The notes beneath the pieces were generated by a model. The model was not told the DNA's origin. It ran no database searches and saw only the letters and a program-made list of their open reading frames with translations. A stretch of 64,000 nt of DNA. It comes from a virus. The position numbers and the translations under genes were made by a program. Within the stretch, counting starts at the first letter, position 1; every line of letters starts with the position of its first letter. Positions 17,644-29,400 of the stretch are shown here, piece after piece. The stretch is from positions 352,001-416,000 of IMG/VR virus record IMGVR_UViG_3300012642_000011. One strand, given 5' to 3'.

Positions 17644-19839
17644 TCACTCTGCTGTTGCCCTCACAAAGTCAATGACAATGTTGTAAGGGTTATTGTAAAT
17701 TCTTTCATCACCTTCAGTTTTATAAGCAAACGGATTATTGAAACCAGTTGAAGTTCCACTTCCTGTGTTTGCATTCAAGTACTCACTACCAAGATCCTCA
17801 GCGTTAGAGTTAAACATAGCAAAGCATCTACCCTCAATAGGTGCTTCCACTGTGCCAACGTTTTTCATGACAGGTGTAGAAACATTCTTAGATACTCCCA
17901 CCGTAGTTGGAATATCCGCTTTACCTGTCACATCATATTCCCATGCAGCATTCAATACTTGAGGATTACCCTTTTCTGAAGGCCAATTTGCTCTTACATT
18001 GAACACATTGTGAGATCCATCAAGAACGGAAACATTGGGGGATTTGAATGTCGCTTTATCCCAACCCTTTTGCTCTGCTACGGAATCAGATCCAAAAACA
18101 GAGTTCTTTTTACTATCGGTCATGACAAATTCTCCTGCAGAACCATCAGCACCAGGTGTGCCGTTGGGATCTTTGAAGACTGTTGTTGTCTTTGGTGTAG
18201 CCTTGGGAGCAATCTCAGGTCTCCAAAGGTTAATCGTAATCGTTCTTTTTGGATCGTTATCTCTGAAGATTGCCAAATTCTTTCCATCAAACTTACTATC
18301 ATCAGAAATCTTCACACCAGTTCCACCATCCTTGCCTGGAGAATAAGCAGGAAGTTCGTTGGGTTGAATCCTTCCATCATCGCCACCACTTACCCTTGAT
18401 GTAGGTGGAGCATAGCACTGAAGACCACATTCTTTATCATAGAAACCATTTTGTGCAGTTCTACGCAATACTCCATCAGTCTGACTTGGATTTCCAAGTT
18501 TCTTCTGAGTGGTATCATTATACATAATAGTCTTGATAACGCCAGCAGTTCCTGTTCCCTGATTAATTATCTCAGAAGAAAGTACTTCATTTTTCTGTTC
18601 ACCATTTTTCTGAACAGCATTTTCCAGAGTACTCTTGACCTTGTTAAATTCTTCAGGATTACACTGAACAACAAGGATCTGCCAGAAACCTACGTTCTCC
18701 TGTGTTGTATTTGTAGTGCTGACAGTGGAGCCAACCCCTACTTTCTCTTCACCCCATCCACTACAGGTTGTGCTTGGTACCCATTCTTCATTTTTCAATT
18801 CATACTTCTTTTCACATGTTCTCTTCTCAATCACTGTCTCAGTTTCTCGAACAGTAATTGTTCCTGGCTGATTGAACTGATTAATGGACATAACTCCACC
18901 TTCAGCAATAGCCTCCTTGTTTTGGTCATTTAAGTCCATCTCGTAAGAAGCGGCCTTGTCTTTAGACATAGCGCTTTCAACCAATGTATTTACATCTTCA
19001 ATGGATTTTCCATTAAGATCTTCTGCTTGAGCCTGTTTCCACAGGTTTCCAAACTGAGTTACATTTGCTTTTGACTGGCTCTGCAAAGCGATTTTTCCTG
19101 GGTCAAAATCTGGCTTTGCAATCAAGTTCACATTGATAGGATTGGTCCAGCTTTTCACCTTTCCTGTAGCCCTTGTCTTTTCAAGAGCATCATTCCTGTC
19201 TCTTGTGGCCTTACCATCTTTATCTTTGTACTCTGTCCACTTATTTCCCTGAGGCTGGGCACCAACAAGAGAGCCAGAGCAGACAAGCGTCCATGGCTGG
19301 GAGTTCAACTTAGCCGTACCATACTCCTTGATCATGGCATCAATCTGTTTCTGAGTTGGTTTGACTCCATATGTCAAAGCAGGGTTCAATACTGTTCCAT
19401 TGACACCAATTGCCTTGTGGTCAGCAGTGCTGGCAAGTTTACCATCCTTAGTCAAGATAGTTCTCTTATCTGTACCATTGATAGTGTTTACCCAATAATA
19501 ACTTCCATTATTATTATTTACCGTGTACCAAATAGTATTTGATTTTTCGCAGACTTCTCTATCAAAGTTTTTCAACTCATTAAGTTCACCATCAAGATAC
19601 TTTGGCTCAAGACCACTGAACTTTCGGAAGTTTTCCCAAGCAGTATTTCCATTTCTAGCAGATACGGAGAACCAGTTGACAGAATCAGAACTCAAGTTTT
19701 CTGTACTTGATCCGCCATCATTTCCCCAGATACCGAAATTAATACCCTGAGCAACAGCAGGAGCAGCCGTTGCTAGAGCAGTTCCGCCAGCAATGACGGA
19801 CAATGCCAACATGTTGACCTTTCGTGTTTGCTTTTTCAT
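17644..19839 (-). CDS. Secreted large surface protein (731 aa) with cleavable signal peptide
   Basis: Signal peptide MKKQTRKVNMLALSVIAGGTALATAAPAVAQG. G/N/T-rich. No LPXTG motif. Confidence 0.5.
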   Translation of the reverse strand: MKKQTRKVNMLALSVIAGGTALATAAPAVAQGINFGIWGNDGGSSTENLSSDSVNWFSVSARNGNTAWENFRKFSGLEPKYLDGELNELKNFDREVCEKSNTIWYTVNNNNGSYYWVNTINGTDKRTILTKDGKLASTADHKAIGVNGTVLNPALTYGVKPTQKQIDAMIKEYGTAKLNSQPWTLVCSGSLVGAQPQGNKWTEYKDKDGKATRDRNDALEKTRATGKVKSWTNPINVNLIAKPDFDPGKIALQSQSKANVTQFGNLWKQAQAEDLNGKSIEDVNTLVESAMSKDKAASYEMDLNDQNKEAIAEGGVMSINQFNQPGTITVRETETVIEKRTCEKKYELKNEEWVPSTTCSGWGEEKVGVGSTVSTTNTTQENVGFWQILVVQCNPEEFNKVKSTLENAVQKNGEQKNEVLSSEIINQGTGTAGVIKTIMYNDTTQKKLGNPSQTDGVLRRTAQNGFYDKECGLQCYAPPTSRVSGGDDGRIQPNELPAYSPGKDGGTGVKISDDSKFDGKNLAIFRDNDPKRTITINLWRPEIAPKATPKTTTVFKDPNGTPGADGSAGEFVMTDSKKNSVFGSDSVAEQKGWDKATFKSPNVSVLDGSHNVFNVRANWPSEKGNPQVLNAAWEYDVTGKADIPTTVGVSKNVSTPVMKNVGTVEAPIEGRCFAMFNSNAEDLGSEYLNANTGSGTSTGFNNPFAYKTEGDERIYNNPYNIVIDFVRATAE

Positions 19840-20873
19840 TATTCCTCCATAGTCAAAGAAGCATTATTAACTAATATCTTCCTTGAACTTTCAACGTTTT
19901 CCTTCTGACCAGAAATGAGATCCAAGACTAGTGTTCCTTGTTTCTCTATAGAGCCACCATTCTTTAAAAGAGCACGATAGGTGACATCAGCAGTCAATGT
20001 GACATCATATGCCGAAGAAGAATCATCATACTTCATCTGCGTTTTAATTCCATTGACCTCTCCATACCATCTATAGCCGAATTCAGGGAACTGACCAGCC
20101 ATACCATATTCATTGTTCCCCCAATCAAGAGGAAGACCAATATTGGTTTGCTTTGCGCCATCATTATCAATCTTTTCCTTAAGACTTGAACTCAAAACAG
20201 GATTCAATGATGTTGCTTTAAAGTTCTTTGCAGGATCAGATCCAGGCAACTCATACTCTCCCCACTCGCCAACATCAGGATTGGTGAACATTTCCAGAAT
20301 CATATTGGTATCAAAAACAAATTGCTCTTGAGTCCAGTAACTGTACATAGGGTTAGGGAATCCAGTTTCATCTACAGCCTTGGAATCATCAGAGGTGAAA
20401 CCTGCCTCTTCAGAAGGAAGCATGTTTGAAGCAGCGTAGAGATCGCTTTCCTGAGTGTTTACACTAGCAATCACAGCATCAACCATCTCTTTGTCCGCTT
20501 GAGTAGCCCATGTAGTACCATCAAAACTGATAGGAGAAGATTTTTCTGTGAACTTTTCCAGCCATTCAGGCTTATCATCAATGTCATTGCTATCAGCAAG
20601 GCTGAGGTCTTGAGCAATGTTTGCTTCTGTGTTTGTGTTCCCAGAATTAGGGTCACCCTTCTTCATATAATTGCTATCTGAAGAAGATGAATCGTCTTTA
20701 GGAGTATCATCCTTATCGTTATTGAGAAGAAGTAAAGTACCACCAGTCAGAGCGCCCACGACAGCCAGACTTGCTACGCCGCCGATGATGAGTTTCTTCC
20801 TCTCAGCCTCCTGTTTATCACGACCTTCATTGAGGTATTCCTCAAATGGATCATCATATTTCTTTTTAGCCAT
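19839..20873 (-). CDS. Membrane-anchored extracellular protein (344 aa)
   Basis: TM KKLIIGGVASLAVVGALTGGTLLLL, then an acidic extracellular domain. Confidence 0.45.
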   Translation of the reverse strand: MAKKKYDDPFEEYLNEGRDKQEAERKKLIIGGVASLAVVGALTGGTLLLLNNDKDDTPKDDSSSSDSNYMKKGDPNSGNTNTEANIAQDLSLADSNDIDDKPEWLEKFTEKSSPISFDGTTWATQADKEMVDAVIASVNTQESDLYAASNMLPSEEAGFTSDDSKAVDETGFPNPMYSYWTQEQFVFDTNMILEMFTNPDVGEWGEYELPGSDPAKNFKATSLNPVLSSSLKEKIDNDGAKQTNIGLPLDWGNNEYGMAGQFPEFGYRWYGEVNGIKTQMKYDDSSSAYDVTLTADVTYRALLKNGGSIEKQGTLVLDLISGQKENVESSRKILVNNASLTMEE

Positions 20874-20942
20874 GAATTGTCACTTTCCTGATCAGAGTTG
20901 CCAATGGTATCGTAATATGTATATCGAAAAAATTGATCTATT

Positions 20943-21485
20943 TTACAGCATTGTAGTAATAATAGTGGTCACTGCTGTCACCATTGCTGCTAACATCGCA
21001 GGGGAAATGAAGTGAATCCCACCAATCATCTTATTCCACTTGTCTTCTCCTACCTCTAACATGATACTTGCAGGAGTTCCTCCGGTGACTCCCCATTCTT
21101 TCTTTGCTTTGGAAAAACTTCTATATGTAGCAATTCCTATGAAAGCAATGAGCAAGACAACAAACATTGCAGACGGCCAGAATCCAATATACCATGGGAA
21201 CATAGACATGATGACAAGGAACACTTTGTAATCCTCAGCCCCTGCTTTCTGCCCAAACAGACCTGCCATTAAGAACAGTGCGGCCAATGACACGGCAAGA
21301 ACAATAAGCGGAGAGAATATGAGAATTGTCCCCAAAAGGAAGTAAGAAGCAACAATCTTCAAACCAGTCAGAAAAATCATCAGGAAGATGAATCTAACCA
21401 TATCCAACTTTGTCACTATCAATAATACGAAAGCAAGAAATAGCGGGATAAAATGCACCAAATAGGTCAATACGAATTCATTCAT
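20943..21485 (-). CDS. Polytopic membrane protein (180 aa, 5-6 TM)
   Basis: Hydrophobic throughout. A prepilin-peptidase-like role is conceivable, but no catalytic Asp motifs were recognised. Confidence 0.35.
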   Translation of the reverse strand: MNEFVLTYLVHFIPLFLAFVLLIVTKLDMVRFIFLMIFLTGLKIVASYFLLGTILIFSPLIVLAVSLAALFLMAGLFGQKAGAEDYKVFLVIMSMFPWYIGFWPSAMFVVLLIAFIGIATYRSFSKAKKEWGVTGGTPASIMLEVGEDKWNKMIGGIHFISPAMLAAMVTAVTTIITTML

Positions 21486-22687
21486 TTATCCCATCCTCCC
21501 TCGATGTCAAATTCATCATCTTCATCGATAAAGAAATCAGTATTAATTGTTTTCTGCTGCTTCACATTGTAATTTGATGAATCGTCATCATCTACATCAG
21601 GAAGATCAAAGTCATCATCGTGAACAACTCTTCTTTCATCAGAAGATAAAATTTCATCTTCTCTCTTCTCTTCTTGATAATTGAGTTCGTTTTGAAGTTC
21701 ATGGTTTGATTTTTCAATCTCTTCAAGTTGTGACAACAAGAGGGAATAATTATCTTCAAGAATTTTATACTTCTTATTGAGATCAGAGTATTTCTTCTGA
21801 ATTTCGCTATCACTCTGTGTAGCAATCATTTTCTCGATCTGTGCATTCTTTTCCTTTTTCAACTTGGCATTTTCGGCAAATAACAAGTTAACTTTAGTCT
21901 GAAGTTCATCGTTGGATTCGCCTGCCATAACACTCACGCTATTGTTTTTTGACACCATTTCATAATCGTATCTCATGTTATGCAAGTCAATGGTCTGTCT
22001 GTCAATAATGTTAGCAAGCACAACAATATGCTTGTTTCTCTCCTTGAGTTTATCTTGAAGAAATCCTACAGACGCTTTTACCCTTGAGACGAAACTGTTC
22101 ACTTGTGCAATGTCGTAGCCTTTGGGAACTTGGAAATCAAGCTCAAGGTCATCGAGATCTTCTCTTAAGAAAACATCATTGGGGATTTCAAATGTCTCAG
22201 GGATACTAAAGCCTTCAAGTATGTCACTTGCCCTCTTCTTCTTGCCCTCTTCAGTATTGAATTCAATGCCTTCAAAGGCATCATGATTATCTTCTACAAA
22301 AAATTCTGTTTCTTCTTCCTTTTCTTTCACTTTAGGTGTAGGTAAAGATGATTTGAGAGCATTGATCTTCTCCCCAAAGTTTACCTTCTTTCTTTCCTTC
22401 TTTGGCTTTTCTGGTTTAGCAACAGGATCAGGGTCTTCCTCTTCGTACTCTTCATCATCAAAGGAATCTTCTTCCTCATCATAATCATGAACGTCAGAGT
22501 CATCATAGTCTACATAGTTTTGATCGTCATCGTCGTCATCATACTGATCAAAATCATTCTCAATGGTCTCTTCTTCGTCATTATATTCATTTCTGGGGTC
22601 ATTCCAATCTACACGACGGATAGTTTCTTCCCCAAACCCCTCGCTATAAGCCTGAATTTTACTCTTTGCCTTATCCAAAAGTCCCAT
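21482..22687 (-). CDS. Acidic coiled-coil protein (401 aa)
   Basis: N-terminal poly-D/E/Y stretch, a central K/E-rich region, a heptad-like coiled coil, and an acidic C-terminus. Confidence 0.4.
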   Translation of the reverse strand: MGLLDKAKSKIQAYSEGFGEETIRRVDWNDPRNEYNDEEETIENDFDQYDDDDDDQNYVDYDDSDVHDYDEEEDSFDDEEYEEEDPDPVAKPEKPKKERKKVNFGEKINALKSSLPTPKVKEKEEETEFFVEDNHDAFEGIEFNTEEGKKKRASDILEGFSIPETFEIPNDVFLREDLDDLELDFQVPKGYDIAQVNSFVSRVKASVGFLQDKLKERNKHIVVLANIIDRQTIDLHNMRYDYEMVSKNNSVSVMAGESNDELQTKVNLLFAENAKLKKEKNAQIEKMIATQSDSEIQKKYSDLNKKYKILEDNYSLLLSQLEEIEKSNHELQNELNYQEEKREDEILSSDERRVVHDDDFDLPDVDDDDSSNYNVKQQKTINTDFFIDEDDEFDIEGGWDK

Positions 22688-22740
22688 TGTTATTCCTTTG
22701 ATTAGTTAGTGGATGAATTGTGCAATGAATATCACTGTCA

Positions 22741-23097
22741 TCACAGGTCTTCTTGTGTTTCTTCTAAATCTTGTTCGTCATATTTCTCTGATCTACGATA
22801 AATCTCTGAAGGAGTCATTGTGATGTCTACACCCAAATTCCCCTCATACAGTCTGATCCATCCTTGAATGAACTCAAGTGTCAGCCCATCATAATCAGAC
22901 TCATCCCACATTCTCGTAGATTCTCTTAAGTCAATATAATTGATAATTTCTGATGGATACCAGTCATCCATCTCTGAGAGGTCAAAACCTTGCTGTACTA
23001 ATTGCATATGCATATTAAACACTGGTTTCAATGCAGCTACTTTGGCAATGATTTCCCATGTAACAATATTGCTTTCTTCATCCATATTATGTCTCAC
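22741..23097 (-). CDS. Small acidic hypothetical protein (118 aa)
   Basis: Intact ORF immediately downstream of the 1105-aa gene. Confidence 0.35.
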   Translation of the reverse strand: MRHNMDEESNIVTWEIIAKVAALKPVFNMHMQLVQQGFDLSEMDDWYPSEIINYIDLRESTRMWDESDYDGLTLEFIQGWIRLYEGNLGVDITMTPSEIYRRSEKYDEQDLEETQEDL

Positions 23098-26000
23098 CTC
23101 TCTGTTTCAATTTTCTTCTCGTAAAGAGACAACAGGAACTCGTCATTGATAACGTTCTCGTTGAATTGATCTCTGAATCGATCAGCATAAGCAGTGATGT
23201 ACATGGATCGCACAGCATTGTAGTTTCCAAGTACCCAATGTTTATTGTACTCCTGCTCATCAATATAAGGCTTGATTTCCTCAGGAAGCGTTGGGATCAA
23301 ACTATCCTTGTTTTCATCTCCGCTTTCCCTATGCTCTACAATCCTTCTGTCAACCTCATTGATCTTGCGCTCAAAAGTATTTCTTACCTTCTCTTCAATG
23401 TATGGTCTCCTCTTGTCTGTAGCATCATTGATCATCTGTTGATACTTAGCGTAGAAATTATCTTCTTTCAAAGATTCAGTCTTGACGTGCTTAGCCCTGT
23501 TGTTGGCATCATTCATGGCAGCATAGATTCTTTCTGCTTGCTCACGTGTCAACTTTCCTCTACTGTTGACCTTATTCTGGTTCTTTGCAGTCTTCCTTTG
23601 ATGCTTTTGTTGCTTATGTAGCATCTTCTTCTCTATTCGTGCTGTTTCCCTTGCATCCTTAACAACCCTTTCAGGAGTCAAAACTTCCTCATGGTACTTG
23701 ACTTCTGAACCTTCATACTCTGCAATCTTAGATCTTCCATCGACGCCTTCAACAGTACTGTCCATCTCATCAAAGAAGCAGCGTCTGCAATAAAGGTTTC
23801 CAGCAGCATCCTTGCCGCCCTTGAAGTTAAAGGTTCCACTGTCAGGAGAGAGGTCTTGTCCACATCTGTTGCAGTGGTATTCTTTCTTACCTACCTTTGC
23901 TGTAACGGGGGAGAGAAGACCTGCTGTGTCCTCTTCAAGACAGGTGTTGCAGAAGTACTTTCCAGATGCATCTCTACCTCCATAGAACACCCCTGAACCG
24001 TCTCGATCAAGTGGTTCACCACAACCTCCACATGTATGTTGACCAATTGATGCATGGCCCATGTTCTGTTTTGAGATTTCGTACTGAGTAATAATGTTTC
24101 TCAAGTGCTTATTACGATAAGTGATGTTCGTCATCTCATTCTTGAAACCATAAGCGAGACCATTCAATGTGCTTCCACCATTTGCTCTTGCTGCTGCAGC
24201 ACCACCAGCGACAGATCCAATCATTCTTCCTGTTGCCACTGTTGGATCAACAGTTGTCTTGCTTACAGTTTTCTTCATTCCTGCAGATACTCTCTGAGCA
24301 GAACGCGTCATGCTGTATCCTGCAAAGCTGAAGGATGACATTGTTCTGAAGACCATTTCTCTTCCCTTGATCAATGCCAACATGGAAACAATGAGAAGAA
24401 GGATTCCCTGTATCCATCCAATATCTTCCATCATCTTCAATGCTGCTGATGTGAAGGCAATAGCAAGGACAAGAAGAATTCCTGCAGCAATACGCTTACC
24501 AGTTGCTTGCACTATCAAGGTGATCCAACTCTTAAAGATCTCCCAACCCTGACCTGGGAAACAACCGACCAAGAGGACTACAGGGGCAAACGCAATCATC
24601 AATGTCACACCGATAGCATAAATTGCTGAAAGAGATGCAAAAATGATGATACCAGAAGATCCGACTGCTGCAATGATGACAGCGCTACCTGCCACCCAAA
24701 TCCTCTCCATAGTGTTTCCACCAGTCCATGTGTCCCAATAAGGAGAAACGTTGATGTCATCAGCGATCACTTTGTATTCATCTGTAGGCTCGCCTGGTTC
24801 ACCAGAAGGAGGAACACTCTTCTCGTAGTATCCACTCAAGACATCCGCAACTCTCCACCAATCATTTGCAAGTCCAGTAGTCTTTTTGGCAACATCTCCC
24901 TCGTGACCGATAGGAGCGTGGACATTGGTCTGTGTGCTGATTTGGAACAATGCCCAGTTATGGATGAATGTTCCATCACCCATAGGAACAGCAGCATCTC
25001 CTACCATTTCAGCGTTTTCATCTCTGTTTTCCAGATCTGTTGCGCCATTAGGTGCCCAATCAGGAATTTCTCCTCTTGCCCAAAGATTATTCCAATCTGT
25101 GCCATACTGTGCCTGTGCCCATGGCTTGAGAAGAAGCATTTGCCACATTTGGCACCCTACAGATGACCTGATGGTGGTAGATGCTTGATCAATGATGCTC
25201 ATAGTCTTTTCTGGATTGTCAATTGCATAGTCAACATCAATGGATGAACTAAGAATCTTTCCTTCAAAGCTTCCAATGTCTGTAGCACACATTCCGCCAC
25301 CACCAGAAAGACTATTATTCATAGCGCTAAGAGTGACAGCCTGAATGATCATAGAGAGGTTATTGGGAAGCGTGATAACCCATCCTGGAGAGAACGAAAT
25401 GAAGATGGCGAGGAAGAACAGCACAATGGATCTAATCGTCTCTGAGAGGGCCTGTCTCGTCTTGCCACTGGCTCCTGCACGGATGATGCTAATACCAACA
25501 AACACAAAGACAAGGACAATGAACGGCATGAACACGCTATTGAAGAGAGCAGTGATGAAACCACCTGATGATCCCAATAGTGTGTCAAGACCGATCAAAG
25601 TGATGATGTCACTGAAGGCAATGCCAACAAGAGCAACCGTCAAAACTACAATAATCTTTGCCAGCGTGAAAATCCAGTTAGCAACAATGTTCATGAACGC
25701 TACGCCCACAGGAGGATAACCCTTATTGAAGATCTTTGTTCTAGGATCTTTACTGTCGTTGATGTCAGCCCACACGCTTCGTGGTTCTAGCCTGTCCTCA
25801 TAGAACAATCCCGCTTTAGGATCAGATGGTTCAGTATTTTGAGCACATGCATCAATGACCACATGCCTCCATTCACCCATGTAACCACTGAAAGTAAGTC
25901 CAGCAACACCGAACCTATCGAATGGGTTGATATGCGCGCCCTTATTGAACCTTTCCTCTGGATCAAGTTCCATGTCCACAGGGTATTTCATCTCAGTGAG

Positions 26001-26411
26001 TTCTGTCACATTATAGCCAAGAATATGGCTATTAAGTTCATTGATGTTGGTAACAGAAGTGAGATTTAATATACCGTTCAAAAAAGAATCTACTTTGTCT
26101 GCACCAGAAGTCATAGCACTCTTCGACCTGAAAGCAAACTGAAGATCAGTGGTAGAAGCATACTGATAGATTCTATCTGCAGGCTCAGGGAACACCTCAC
26201 ACATCATGAACTTATTCCATTCCAGTGCAGATGCTGAACTTACTGTAGGTTCATTCTTGTTGCCGAAAGTTGTCAAAGAAGTCATAGTAGGAAGCAAAGC
26301 AACAACAATGAAAAATCCTGCCATGAAGAAGGAGAATATTGATTTGAATGATGCAGGTTTCGTCTTCTTAAATGAAGATGCATCCATATACACTGCATTA
26401 TTCTTCATCAT
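23094..26411 (-). CDS. Giant VirB6/TrbL-like polytopic membrane protein (1105 aa) with C-terminal double zinc-ribbon and basic coiled-coil tail
   Basis: Multi-TM core with the segment AFAPVVLLVGCFPGQGWEIF, paralogous to cores in the 1397- and 1927-aa proteins. Two C4 ribbons: CGGCGEP ... CNTC and CNRCGQD ... CRRC. Confidence 0.55.
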   Translation of the reverse strand: MMKNNAVYMDASSFKKTKPASFKSIFSFFMAGFFIVVALLPTMTSLTTFGNKNEPTVSSASALEWNKFMMCEVFPEPADRIYQYASTTDLQFAFRSKSAMTSGADKVDSFLNGILNLTSVTNINELNSHILGYNVTELTEMKYPVDMELDPEERFNKGAHINPFDRFGVAGLTFSGYMGEWRHVVIDACAQNTEPSDPKAGLFYEDRLEPRSVWADINDSKDPRTKIFNKGYPPVGVAFMNIVANWIFTLAKIIVVLTVALVGIAFSDIITLIGLDTLLGSSGGFITALFNSVFMPFIVLVFVFVGISIIRAGASGKTRQALSETIRSIVLFFLAIFISFSPGWVITLPNNLSMIIQAVTLSAMNNSLSGGGGMCATDIGSFEGKILSSSIDVDYAIDNPEKTMSIIDQASTTIRSSVGCQMWQMLLLKPWAQAQYGTDWNNLWARGEIPDWAPNGATDLENRDENAEMVGDAAVPMGDGTFIHNWALFQISTQTNVHAPIGHEGDVAKKTTGLANDWWRVADVLSGYYEKSVPPSGEPGEPTDEYKVIADDINVSPYWDTWTGGNTMERIWVAGSAVIIAAVGSSGIIIFASLSAIYAIGVTLMIAFAPVVLLVGCFPGQGWEIFKSWITLIVQATGKRIAAGILLVLAIAFTSAALKMMEDIGWIQGILLLIVSMLALIKGREMVFRTMSSFSFAGYSMTRSAQRVSAGMKKTVSKTTVDPTVATGRMIGSVAGGAAAARANGGSTLNGLAYGFKNEMTNITYRNKHLRNIITQYEISKQNMGHASIGQHTCGGCGEPLDRDGSGVFYGGRDASGKYFCNTCLEEDTAGLLSPVTAKVGKKEYHCNRCGQDLSPDSGTFNFKGGKDAAGNLYCRRCFFDEMDSTVEGVDGRSKIAEYEGSEVKYHEEVLTPERVVKDARETARIEKKMLHKQQKHQRKTAKNQNKVNSRGKLTREQAERIYAAMNDANNRAKHVKTESLKEDNFYAKYQQMINDATDKRRPYIEEKVRNTFERKINEVDRRIVEHRESGDENKDSLIPTLPEEIKPYIDEQEYNKHWVLGNYNAVRSMYITAYADRFRDQFNENVINDEFLLSLYEKKIETER

Positions 26412-29400
26412 TGATCCCCTCCCTCATCTTTCTTATTGTTCTCATACTCTTTTGCTTCTTGAAGGATTCTGATCTCTTTCTCTTTCTCCCCCAAGATAAG
26501 ATCAGACAATGCGTAATTGAAGTCCTGACTTGCCCTGAACTTCTTAATTGCGTCTTCCATCTTTTCTGTAGATGTCCTTCTCTTCTTGATGATCCTTAGA
26601 CGACGCACCTTCACCTTTCCAGTAATCTCTACGTCTGGTGTTGAAACAGGGGATGTTGTTTCATCCTGCTCTGGCTGATGTTGATTGTTCATCTGTTCAC
26701 CGGATGTAGATGTATCATCCTGCTGCTGATCACCTTGATCTGCGTTGGCTTTGTTATAGGCAGCCCTTGCTTCAGAAACTGATGAGAAATCTGTTGAGTA
26801 AGAGTCATCTTCTGCAATCTTATCTATTTCCTCATCCCTCTTTTTAGCCCTAGCATCCATGTACTTTCTAGCAGCCCTTGCTTCAGAAGCAGAGTTGATG
26901 TCAATCTTAGGGTTAGATGGCTTGTAAATCCTTGAACTCTCTGGAATTCCAGCAAGTCCTCGTGTAAAGTCAATGTCATCCTCATTAGCTGGGTTGACTT
27001 TGAACTTCTTGCCATTTTCATCAACTCTCTCCTTGGTAGAGAGGTCATTGTATGCAGAGAGATTCTTTCCATAGTCGTACATACTCATAGTTGAATTTCT
27101 CTTATTCTCATCACCCTTCTGCTCCTCGAAGTCTTTCTTTGTTCCGTAAAGTTCATCTACTGCGCCATTCTCTCTCATCTCGTTTTCAAGATCGTTTCTA
27201 ATCTTATTACTTGTAGAAGAATATGCAGTTCCGAAGGACTCAAGTGCAGAGAATCCACGCCTCCTCTGGTTCTTGTGAACCTTTCCTGTCTCGTAATCGT
27301 AGCCAGCCTTTGCCCCTGCAAGAGCGCCCTTGAGGTCTCTGCTTCCAGACATGTAAGAACCAATTCCACCTGAAACCACGCCCTTGGCCGCAGCCTTAGT
27401 GTGCTCTGCACGATTAGAGATGAACCTGTTTTGACCAAGAACATTAATTGTAGACTTGATAGGCTCATTTGCAATTCCGGCAGCCACATGCCTTCCTATG
27501 CCATTGGTGATGTTAAACGCCCCTTCTAATGCTTCCTTCTTGAGTGAATAGAAGATTACTGCTCCAATACATACAAGGACAAGAGAAATCAGCGGGCTAC
27601 CGCCGAAGTTGGCGAACCCAATCAAAACTTTGAACATAAGAGACATGAGAACAACCAAAACAACACGCTGAATCATCAAGCCCAGAATGGTTGCAGCATA
27701 GCCTCTAAGCATCCTTCTACCTGGTCCGGGGAGGATTCCAACAAGCAGAACAAAAGGAAGCATGATCAGCATTATTGTTGTGATGATAGAAATCTGTATC
27801 TTGACTACAGAATAGGAAATGATCACCACAGATGACACTACAGATGTCACAGCACCAGAGAGACCACTTGTTATCCTGCTGCCATAGTCTTGACCTGTCC
27901 ATGCGCTGAAGTATCGTCCATCTGTTCCAGCACCGTTGTTTGGACCTGCCTGCATGTCAACAATTCTGTAGAAATCGGGATCAATAGAACCATTGGGTTC
28001 TGTCAGATCCTTCTCATAGGCAGTTCCGCTGGTTATTGTGCTCAAATGGTACAAAGCCCAGTTGTTCACAGTTTTTCCGCCGCCCATTTCTACAGGAGCA
28101 GATCCTACAAGTTGCTCATTGGAATTCTGCATGGTTCCCTTGACGCCTTCAGTTCCATTGGCATAAAGTTCGTCGTAGGAAGTTCCCCACTGGCCTACAA
28201 CCCATGGTGTGAATGAGAATGCTCTCCAACTTTCACACATCAAGAATCTCACGTTACCCTGAACACTGTTTCCTGTTGCTTCTCCATCAAATCCAACAGT
28301 GCTATCAGACATGGATTCACCTGTGACAGAACACAAGACATCCTGTGATTTTCCAAAATTAAAGATAGTTCCCATAACCCATGACTCAAAGTTGGTAGGA
28401 ATGGTCTCTACTGCTTTGATGGTTTCTGCTGGCCTAGTTAACAGCGCAACTCCTGCAATCATAGTGAGCATAGCAAGCAAAGCGTTGAGGAACTGCTCTC
28501 TGAAGTTTCTCTTGATAATAACTTGGAAAATCATGATCACGCCGACTGCTGCACCTATGATGACGCTGATAGGGAAGAAGATGCCATCTCTATATGATTC
28601 CATTAGGCTGACAACAATCTTATTGATTCCCAACTCTTCTCCAATAGGCATGAAGGAAAGATTGATGACAGTGTTGGCAATTCTGTTGAAGAAAATAGCA
28701 ATGTCGAGACCAGATTTGGCAATACTGCTGAAAATGAGGTCGATAGGGAAAATAACCTCAAACATACTCTTTTGTGACAATGTGTTTCTTGTATCTACGT
28801 CAGGCTTTGACTGCCCATCAACATATCCGTTTCCGAAGAAGCCATTTTGAATAGGAGGACGTGGAGCACCTCCCCCACACTGGTCATTCAAAGACCCGTC
28901 TGGGTTAAATACCTTAACATTGTGACCATTTATCCTGAGGTCTTTTCCTGAGGAATCAAGGCAAACAAACCTGTTCCATGGAGCATTAAAGTTTCTAGCG
29001 GGATCTTCTTGAATCCATTTAAGGAACTTTTGGCTACTGATAGCATCTTTAGTCCACTCTTTAGTGACTTCTTTTTCAGACTTAATCAGCGCTTCATCTC
29101 TGGCCTTGTTCCATTCCTCTGACCAGCAATTGACAACCTTGGCAACTTCTGCAGCCACAGCCTCTTCGTCTTTTACGTCCAGATTAGGCTTACATGCCAT
29201 GTTATACTTCTCACCGATGGAGAACGCCTTGTCTCTAGCAACCCATTCTTTCAATGACTCTGCTTTTTGGGTTCCATCTTCTGACCATGTATACTTTGCA
29301 TCGTCAACGTCAACAGCACCTTGAGCATCTTTTGCTCTGGACGCACATGCTTCCTCACTGATGCCAGGTGCTCTAGAGGGTTTGACCTTGACTACTTTCC

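Noticed and set aside
20943-21485. Polytopic 180-aa membrane protein as a TadV/CpaA prepilin peptidase
   Set aside because: The size fits, but I could not find the two conserved catalytic aspartate motifs.
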